From an uncultured Verrucomicrobiota bacterium (GTDB lineage Bacteria; Verrucomicrobiota; Kiritimatiellia; RFP12; UBA3636), in contig CAMNCG010000001.1 in the NCBI GenBank assembly GCA_946534105.1, forward strand, positions 1 to 59,914: a DNA stretch of 59,914 nucleotides, given 5' to 3'. A program made the translations under genes and the position numbers. Below the pieces are notes generated by a model that did not search any database, was not told the DNA's origin, and saw only the letters and a list, made by a program, of their open reading frames with translations. This document shows positions 24,498 to 31,460 of this stretch, piece by piece (the stretch's first letter is position 1; each line of letters begins with the position of its first letter).

Positions 24498-25328
24498 CTA
24501 AACACGAAAATCGCTTCCGCCGCCCCAGATGCTCCGACCGCCAGTATGGCCCGTCAATCCGTGCACATCAGATTTGACCAGTTGCATCTTTCCAAGTTCC
24601 TCGTTATGGTGCCACGTATATCCATCCGGGGTGTCGCCGTTTCTGACTTGATCCAATTGCTCGGCTGAAAACGAGCTAGTTGAATCAGGATTCTTTCCGA
24701 TGTGTTCCTGCAACTGATGGTTGCATTCGGCAAATTGCTCCTTGTCGGATGCCTTCAACATATCTTCAGGAAGTTTCGCATCGAAGGCAGATTCAAATTT
24801 TGGGAAAACACCTGTTACTTGGTTGCCGGCCGCGTCCACAACGGTCTTTTGTTCGAACGGTACGCCAGTTATGGGATGAACATCTCCTTCCAGAGCCTGA
24901 TTTCGCGTCAGAAGATTATAATGAATTGGGTTTGTCGCGCCGGCTTCAGCGGTTGGAGTCGCTTTGATCGCCTCCCGTACGCCTAAATCAGCATTTAGCA
25001 CTACAGAATCAGCCTTAAGCATCTCATCCGGCAAAATTTTTCCAGTTTTGAGATCCATGACGGCTTGTTCAAGGGTGGAGGCATTTCCGCCTTGCGTCAC
25101 CTGAGTGGCGAAAGTCTGGACGGCATTTGCCGTGTTCACCTCAGTCGCTACGACTGTTTTTTCCGCAGTGGTAGCAGTCTGCGCCATGATTGCAGCGGCT
25201 TGACCTCCTGTCTTAGCAGCCACGGCACCAGTTTCGGCAGCCGTCTTTGCTGTCACGGCAGCGGCTTTTGCGGCGGCCGCGCCTACTTCTGCGGTAGCAG
25301 CTCTCGCCGCAGCCAATATCGGTATCAT
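24498..25328 (-). CDS. WHH-type HNH/EndoVII-fold nuclease (toxin-like) protein
   Basis: The C-terminus is GYTWHHNEELGKMQLVKSDVHGLTGHTGG, which fits the WHH clade signature. It is preceded by HPITGVPF...GVFPKF. The N-terminal part (about 100 aa) is an Ala/Thr-rich helical region. I prefer the ATG at 25328 because AAGGAG sits 7 nt upstream. That start lies 1 nt after the ATPase TAA. Confidence 0.7.
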   Translation of the reverse strand: MIPILAAARAATAEVGAAAAKAAAVTAKTAAETGAVAAKTGGQAAAIMAQTATTAEKTVVATEVNTANAVQTFATQVTQGGNASTLEQAVMDLKTGKILPDEMLKADSVVLNADLGVREAIKATPTAEAGATNPIHYNLLTRNQALEGDVHPITGVPFEQKTVVDAAGNQVTGVFPKFESAFDAKLPEDMLKASDKEQFAECNHQLQEHIGKNPDSTSSFSAEQLDQVRNGDTPDGYTWHHNEELGKMQLVKSDVHGLTGHTGGRSIWGGGSDFRV

Positions 25329-25329
25329 C

Positions 25330-28300
25330 TTACGACTCCTTTCCACATAGCGCCTGGAGAATTGCGGAAATAGCGCCAAGTGTTTCCAGCTTGGAACACC
25401 CTGGAACCTTTCCCTTTAGGCAATCAAGAACGACAATGCAAACCGCCTTCTCAAACGAGATAAGGGTATCGCCTCTGAGGTCGAGCCTCGGAACAAAGAA
25501 AGCATCAGTTGCCTTTACGATGGAGTCAATTGCCGCCGGAAGATCGTCTCTCTGAAACGCGGCCGTGATCGCCTCCCGGTCAGTTTCGGTCGCAAGAATC
25601 GCGGCGGCCGTCTGCTTCGCTTCAGAATAGAATCCAACAACTGCTTCCAACGGGCGATCATACCATGTGGGCATGACGACTCGCATGCGAAGTTCATCCG
25701 ATTTTAGTAATTTATTACGCACTTCCTTGACGCATTGCGAATCCGGAGCAAAGCCGCCCGTAGGCAAAGAACGATTCCAGAGTCTCAGAATGTCATCACG
25801 TGTCCTTGGCGCATACTCGCTAAGGTATTTCCTCGACTTTAGCAACGCATAGACGGCACCGTGCAGAAGGTGGGCTCCCATCTCGCCGCGGGCCAGCGTA
25901 ATGTTAACACGCTCGGCAATCTGTGGAAGCTCTCCCGAGAGACATTCCTCCCAAATGTGAGTCCATCGTTCTTCTTTGCCCGTTCCGGCCACGACAAGGA
26001 CAGATGAGAGGTATCGGTCTGCCAGGCGTTCCAATTCTCGCGGCGCTTTTTGCTCGATTATGTTTCGCACTTGATCAAAATGCGATGGACGGCGATCCGT
26101 TGCATTTGGGCGTTCAAGGGCGCTGAGTTTCGCATCCGAGACCCCCTGCCCGGCTGAATTGAGTCGCTTGCGGATACGGACGTGCACGGGTTCCGACAAC
26201 GAGGAGCAGTGAACAAGCGCTTCGCCCACTTTCAGCCGATTCAGGAAAGCGGATTGTTCCGGGTCAAGGCCCAAGCTTCCGCCTATTTCCTCGGCATCCT
26301 CGCGCGCTCCAAGTCTGTGTGCGATTTTGAGATTCGTATTTTTGATGGCCCCTTCGCTGAGCCGTAGCGGCAGTTGGTCGGCAATGACGATGCCAAGGCC
26401 GTAAGCGCGCACCTCGGAGAGTATGTTTTCAAAAATCTCGACCGCATGTTGTGCCGTGTTGTTCCCGACAAGCGAGTTGTTTTTCACGGACTCCCGCTTG
26501 AACACCCTGTGCGCCTCTTCGACAACAAGCAGATTCCTGAGGTTTTCGGACTCGCCTTCGCTCTCGAAATACTTGTAAATCCGAAGCATCAGGATGCCCG
26601 TGAGAAACGCCTTGCTCTCATCGTTTCCGACTTTGCGCATCTCAATTACAGTCGGACGCGAGAGGAGTTCCGCCACGTCGAAGGGCGTCTCGCTGTTGAA
26701 AAGTCGCCCGCGCGGGCCGATCCGCAACGAGTTGATTCGTGTCAGCAGCGCTCCGCGAATGTTGCTCCCATAGTCGCCCGAAAGCTTTTGTTCGTCGATT
26801 ACGGCTGCCAGGTCGTTGTAAAAACTGTCCATCGTCGGGACGGCACCGCTTGCTGGTGGGGCGCCGCTCGCGATGTCCCAGCCTGCATTCTCATAGGCGC
26901 GAACAAGTCCCTGCTCCACAAGCGCCGCCATTGGCCCTTCCATGGGAAAGGCGGAATTGAGGATTGCCCCAAGCGCATCGATATGCGAGTGAACAGTGTC
27001 GCCAGGAGACAGCTCAAACGGATTGATTCTCAGCGGAACGACCAATTCGTCCCCTGCCGTATAGACACGGATTGGCTCCCCGTCGATTTGCAGATTGCGG
27101 TATTCGCTCTTGGCAGGTTCCAACACCAAAAACGGAACTCCCGCCTGTGAAAGAATCTCGCGAATCGTCGTGCTTTTGCCCATGCCGGTAAGACCGGTCA
27201 CGAGCGTATGAGCGCGAAGGTCGGCCGTCGTGATGCCAACCTCGTTCGCGATAGCCACTTCGCGATCGCAAAGAGCGCCCAGCACGATGTCCGGCTTGTC
27301 GTAAAGCGTCTCGGGATTGACCGAATAGCGGCGCGTAGAGCGGATATCAACACCTGGATGGCTCTCTGCGGGAAGGCACATGAGCGAAGCAAATTCGCTG
27401 CTCGTCAGGATGGTGCCAATCGCCTCTCCTTCAAGTGTCTGCGGAATTGACGACACGACACCAGACCAATCATCGGAACGATTGGCAAGCGGAACGATGC
27501 GAAAAGGTTCGTGAGCGTCAAAGCGTTCCGTCAAAGCCGTCTTGAACATGGACGCCGCAAATCGGAATGTGTCATCATCCTCCGCAAGAAGAAATGCGAC
27601 ACTCTTCCATGCGCCTTCTGATAGAGCCCGTTTCCAGCGCTCCTCTTCCTCCTTCAGAGCCTCTTCGTAGGCTTCGGCAAAACGGTTCAACCGTTCAAGG
27701 GAATTTGAATACGTTTGGCTCCGTGTGCGCGTGGTGGAGTAATTGACTCCGACTGCGCCGCCGCCGGTTAGGGCAGCCGTGGCCGGATTCCAAGCTCCGC
27801 CCATAAAATTGATCGCCGAGGCAGCTGGACGGACGATTCCGGCTAGCAATCCCCATTTGGGCAATTGCGCCAAAGCACCAAATCCAGTTAATGATGTTCC
27901 AAGCGTATTCGCTACGCTCTCACCGTATTGCTTTTGAATGTTGTTCTTGATTCGGTCGTGGTTCTCCCCGACAAGGCGGCGAATCTCGTCAAGTCGATTA
28001 TTGATTTCCGCTTCCGATAGTGATGCTCCGGAGACAAGCAACGTGAAGGTCTTTCCGCGCATTCCACGCAAAAGCCGGTCAAGCGAATAAAGGGGTTCCT
28101 GCTCGTTGTCAGAAAATGCCGGGACTCCCGTGACGATACCGCCTCGCGTCATGTTCTTGACAAGTGGCGCAAGCGGGGTTTCGTCACCGAAGAGGACTCC
28201 GGGAAACGCCGCTTCCAGCGAAGGGCGATGGTGAGCGGCATCCTCGACGCCAGCATAGAGTTCCACGGCGAGCGATGTCCCGCGAACAACGAACGAGATC

Positions 28301-28596
28301 CCGTTTCTGCATCCCGCTTCCTCTTTCACCCATGACTGCATGGCTGTCATGAGTTCGTGAATGACCTGGGCATGCTCGATTCGGTTAGAGTAAAAGAGGG
28401 ATCTGATGCGGATGAACCTTCCCGTTTTGTTCACTGAGAGTTCTGTGCCATCCTCGAATGTCGAACTCCCCGGAATCTCGGACAACCAGTCCCGTCGCAG
28501 TTGCGACAAGGCCGACTGGGCTTGTTCGTTCGTCTCGCGGTAGAGCGCAAGGAACTTTTCGTCCTCGCGTGTGATAATGTCGGTCTTTTCAGCCAT
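25330..28596 (-). CDS. large HerA/FtsK-superfamily (DUF87-like) P-loop ATPase
   Basis: 1088 aa. Walker A is TGLTGMGKST (27169-27195), followed by FLVLEPAKSEY. Walker B is LLVVEEAH (26509-26532). VIADQLP...NTNLKIAHRL is also present. The N-terminal region (about 440 aa) and the C-terminal region (about 270 aa) are unassigned. Confidence 0.75.
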   Translation of the reverse strand: MAEKTDIITREDEKFLALYRETNEQAQSALSQLRRDWLSEIPGSSTFEDGTELSVNKTGRFIRIRSLFYSNRIEHAQVIHELMTAMQSWVKEEAGCRNGISFVVRGTSLAVELYAGVEDAAHHRPSLEAAFPGVLFGDETPLAPLVKNMTRGGIVTGVPAFSDNEQEPLYSLDRLLRGMRGKTFTLLVSGASLSEAEINNRLDEIRRLVGENHDRIKNNIQKQYGESVANTLGTSLTGFGALAQLPKWGLLAGIVRPAASAINFMGGAWNPATAALTGGGAVGVNYSTTRTRSQTYSNSLERLNRFAEAYEEALKEEEERWKRALSEGAWKSVAFLLAEDDDTFRFAASMFKTALTERFDAHEPFRIVPLANRSDDWSGVVSSIPQTLEGEAIGTILTSSEFASLMCLPAESHPGVDIRSTRRYSVNPETLYDKPDIVLGALCDREVAIANEVGITTADLRAHTLVTGLTGMGKSTTIREILSQAGVPFLVLEPAKSEYRNLQIDGEPIRVYTAGDELVVPLRINPFELSPGDTVHSHIDALGAILNSAFPMEGPMAALVEQGLVRAYENAGWDIASGAPPASGAVPTMDSFYNDLAAVIDEQKLSGDYGSNIRGALLTRINSLRIGPRGRLFNSETPFDVAELLSRPTVIEMRKVGNDESKAFLTGILMLRIYKYFESEGESENLRNLLVVEEAHRVFKRESVKNNSLVGNNTAQHAVEIFENILSEVRAYGLGIVIADQLPLRLSEGAIKNTNLKIAHRLGAREDAEEIGGSLGLDPEQSAFLNRLKVGEALVHCSSLSEPVHVRIRKRLNSAGQGVSDAKLSALERPNATDRRPSHFDQVRNIIEQKAPRELERLADRYLSSVLVVAGTGKEERWTHIWEECLSGELPQIAERVNITLARGEMGAHLLHGAVYALLKSRKYLSEYAPRTRDDILRLWNRSLPTGGFAPDSQCVKEVRNKLLKSDELRMRVVMPTWYDRPLEAVVGFYSEAKQTAAAILATETDREAITAAFQRDDLPAAIDSIVKATDAFFVPRLDLRGDTLISFEKAVCIVVLDCLKGKVPGCSKLETLGAISAILQALCGKES

Positions 28597-31351
28597 AGAC
28601 AGGTTCCTTTCCTGGATTCAACTCCTCCAGCGACTGAACGGATGATTCGACAAAGGCCTTCACTTCCTCGCTGAATGATTCCAGTGACTTGATCTTTTCC
28701 TCTTTATCACCTTTAGCCTTCGCCACATCGGCTAGGATCTTTTCCTCCTGCTTGTCCAGGTTATATAAGTAGGTATCAAGATTATTCCGGTATTCCGCCA
28801 CTGTTCCTTTCACGAATTCATCGACCTTAGCGGTCATTTTCGATAAAACGGAAGAATCCTCATCACCAATAATTAGTTTCGTCAACTCCGCCTTGACTTT
28901 TTCAACAATCTTCTTGCGAATGATGTTTTTCGCAAAAGGAAGGCCGATGATTACAAAAACAGCCGCCAACCCTGCGACAATCGCTATGATCGGCCCCAAA
29001 CCCAACCCCCAGAAAGGCGCCGACGACACCACCGTTGAAGCCACAGTTCCAAGACCATGTGCAGCGCACCAAGTGGCGAGCGCTCCGCTTCCCAACAAGC
29101 CTGCAAGGCCTGTGCCCGCGCTTATTGTCGAGCTAGTGACAACTCCTACCGTAAGACCTAGAACTGCGGCCAAAGCTCCCCCGGATACTCCGGCGGCGGC
29201 TGTTGCCACCATAATATTCGTATTGGCATTTTCATCGATTCCCGTATAAGGCGTAGGATTCTCTATAATTCCTTCTCCAATGCTTTCGCATTGATGTTCA
29301 AGCGTAGTGTCGTCAATTATTTCGAGTATCGGACGAAGTCTTTTAACTAGATGTTCTCCCTGTCGGCGCAATTCTCCGGCCAATTCTGTTGAGATAGAAT
29401 CCATTCGGGCTGACACTTGTTTTATTAGCCATTTTTCCAATTCCTCACCTTTGTTTGCCGTGAGGCGTTTGAACTCGTTTTTGTCAGCCAGAGCCTTTTC
29501 GAGCTTTTCCGCCACTGCGTTTGGAATTGCCCTCAGTTTGATTTTCACTTTTGACATGACACCCTTTTCGGGCCTCAACGCAGACTCCTGAAAGTCTTTT
29601 AGAGCACTTCGCGCCTCTTTTGCACTTTGCTCGCGCAGACGATGAAGTTCTCGTTGTTTTTCTGCCAGCTCCTTGTCGCTTCTGTCCGCTCTCAAGGCCG
29701 CTATCGTTGCCCTGTTGATGGTATCCATCTCTTGGCCGTAAGCTTTTACGAGACTTTCGGCCCTCTCGCAAAAAGGGAGTTCTTTGTTCTCCTCGTGAAG
29801 GTAGGATTTGATTCTTTCACGGAGTTTGTTAAACTGGCTCTGTTCGCGGAGAAATCTTATTGCGGCGTCCTTGCGTTCCTGTTCATTCCCGGCCTTCGTC
29901 CATTCGTCCGACACAAGCAACTTTGAAATGGAAAGTTTCTTGTTGTCAATAAGATCGGCAATAGTGGCCGAACCATCCGAAAGCCGATTGGCAAAAGCCT
30001 CGCAAAGAGCGGAGCTTTTCAGAAATTCCGGCTTGGGCGGAATCGGATCTCCGTCGCCACCGGCTTTGACAGAGGGGATATGTTCCTTAAGTTCGGCAAG
30101 AGCGTCGTTGATCTCGTCATTGTTCTGTTGGTCTATTTTGTTGAGAATAAAAAAGACTTTTCGTCGATAACTGTTCACTATCCGATTGCAGAGCCATTCA
30201 TCGACAGAACTTCCCGCCTTGGGCGACTCGACCACATAAAGAACGAGTTGCGTTTTGGGAATGATGTCATCGATAATGGATTCATGCCCCTTGTAAACGG
30301 AACCGGCTCCGGGTGCATCAGTCAAGGTGATTTCGCCCAGCCATTCTGGAAGATTCGGAATGCCGAGTTGCAATACGGTGCAGGTTCCATCGTTAATCCG
30401 TTTTTTGAATCTGGAAAGACCTGTTTCATGACAGCTCTGCTGATCTGCTAGTTGTTCAATCACTTGATGGAACCCTTTTGAATCGTCTGGTTCAAAAGCC
30501 ACCCCTATGCCCGGAATCGTTTGGCCGTCGCGCTCCAGATTCTCCAGAAATGTCCCGCCGGATATTTCATTCGACACTTCATCTTGAAGCGCTTTGGCCT
30601 GAGCTTTCGTAATGTCGCAGTTCGGCATGAAAACATAGAACTGTTCTGAGCGAAAGATTTCGGTAGTGACATTTGTCGTTGGCAAATCGGCCGATGGAAG
30701 ATAATCGGCGCCCATCAGCGCATTGAGCAACGTTGATTTCCCGGCGCTGAAGGCCCCGAACACTGTCACGCGATAGCGGTCGTAGCAAACGCTCCGCTTA
30801 AGCGAGTCAATGTCCCTTTCCATATCCATGACTCGGGAATCCGTGAGACCGTTGCCCGGTCGTTTGACCAAACCGCGCAATCCTTCAAGCGGTTTGATGA
30901 TTTCTCGACGTTTTGGATTGAGTGCCTTCATTTCATCGATGCTCTTTTTGGTGGTTCGTGTTTCCTTCGTTTTCTCCGTCCAAATGATGTCGCCGTTTTC
31001 GAAATGCGAAATGCGGTCATTAGCATCGCCGTCGCCATCGTACACTTCTTCGTCGGAAACGGGATAGCCGAGCCAACCCCGCTTGCCGGTTTCGTCGTAA
31101 GCACCTCCTTCGCGATACCAACGCTTGCAAATCTCGCCGTGCGTTTCATGGGGTTCGGCGTCGCCCGGACGAAGCGTTATTGCGCAACCATATCCCCATG
31201 CTCCGTCGTAGTTGCATTGCCAGCCTCCGTCCGGGGTTTTGTAGATGCCGGGCTCGATTGCGCCTTCAACGGTCGGAAAGCGCTCTTGTTTGAGCCAGTC
31301 GTATTTGGCTTGGAACTTGGTCGCGATGTCTGCTGGAATGTTGGTGTTCAT
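28589..31351 (-). CDS. bacterial dynamin-like GTPase with an LGFP-like N-terminal module and a hydrophobic paddle
   Basis: The GTPase motifs are G1 GAFSAGKST (30731-30757), G2 PTTNVTT, G3 DAPG and G4 NKID. Long heptad-rich helical regions follow. A Gly/Ala-rich hydrophobic block of about 93 aa lies at 28937-29215. I prefer the ATG at 31351 over the TTG at 31402. The gene overlaps the ATPase gene by 8 nt. Confidence 0.8.
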   Translation of the reverse strand: MNTNIPADIATKFQAKYDWLKQERFPTVEGAIEPGIYKTPDGGWQCNYDGAWGYGCAITLRPGDAEPHETHGEICKRWYREGGAYDETGKRGWLGYPVSDEEVYDGDGDANDRISHFENGDIIWTEKTKETRTTKKSIDEMKALNPKRREIIKPLEGLRGLVKRPGNGLTDSRVMDMERDIDSLKRSVCYDRYRVTVFGAFSAGKSTLLNALMGADYLPSADLPTTNVTTEIFRSEQFYVFMPNCDITKAQAKALQDEVSNEISGGTFLENLERDGQTIPGIGVAFEPDDSKGFHQVIEQLADQQSCHETGLSRFKKRINDGTCTVLQLGIPNLPEWLGEITLTDAPGAGSVYKGHESIIDDIIPKTQLVLYVVESPKAGSSVDEWLCNRIVNSYRRKVFFILNKIDQQNNDEINDALAELKEHIPSVKAGGDGDPIPPKPEFLKSSALCEAFANRLSDGSATIADLIDNKKLSISKLLVSDEWTKAGNEQERKDAAIRFLREQSQFNKLRERIKSYLHEENKELPFCERAESLVKAYGQEMDTINRATIAALRADRSDKELAEKQRELHRLREQSAKEARSALKDFQESALRPEKGVMSKVKIKLRAIPNAVAEKLEKALADKNEFKRLTANKGEELEKWLIKQVSARMDSISTELAGELRRQGEHLVKRLRPILEIIDDTTLEHQCESIGEGIIENPTPYTGIDENANTNIMVATAAAGVSGGALAAVLGLTVGVVTSSTISAGTGLAGLLGSGALATWCAAHGLGTVASTVVSSAPFWGLGLGPIIAIVAGLAAVFVIIGLPFAKNIIRKKIVEKVKAELTKLIIGDEDSSVLSKMTAKVDEFVKGTVAEYRNNLDTYLYNLDKQEEKILADVAKAKGDKEEKIKSLESFSEEVKAFVESSVQSLEELNPGKEPVYG

Positions 31352-31460
31352 GGGGGCCTGTTCTTGAATGAATGAAAAGATTGCTGTCGGCAGGAAAGCC
31401 AAACGAATACTTCAAAGACGAGGTTTTGTTCAAAAGGGAGTTTGTTGTGTGAATGGGTGG

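Larger units (their letters stand above)
20556..31460. other. AT-richer genomic island (putative horizontally acquired accessory region)
   Basis: Hand counts of single 60-nt lines give 35% (22441), 43% (29401) and 57% (27001) G+C inside the island. A flank line (40021) gives 72%. All ORFs are on the minus strand and tightly packed. I saw no integrase, tRNA or flanking direct repeat. Confidence 0.7.

Noticed and set aside
26374-27150. Plus-strand ORFs inside the island. Examples: 26374..27150 (258 aa), 28893..29249, 29808..30170, 31004..31375.
   Set aside because: They are antisense to the ATPase and GTPase genes, which carry clear NTPase motifs. Their translations lack any motif and are compositionally odd.
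31352-31402. TTG start at 31402 for the dynamin-like gene, and ATG starts at 25379 (nuclease) and 22449 (HNH) given by the longest-ORF rule.
   Set aside because: For the nuclease and HNH genes, the downstream ATGs at 25328 and 22431 have good Shine-Dalgarno sequences and remove the overlaps with the upstream genes. For the dynamin-like gene, the ATG at 31351 is a canonical start; its upstream Shine-Dalgarno-like sequence is only weak. The longer versions add hydrophobic or Arg-rich extensions. The true starts remain unverified.
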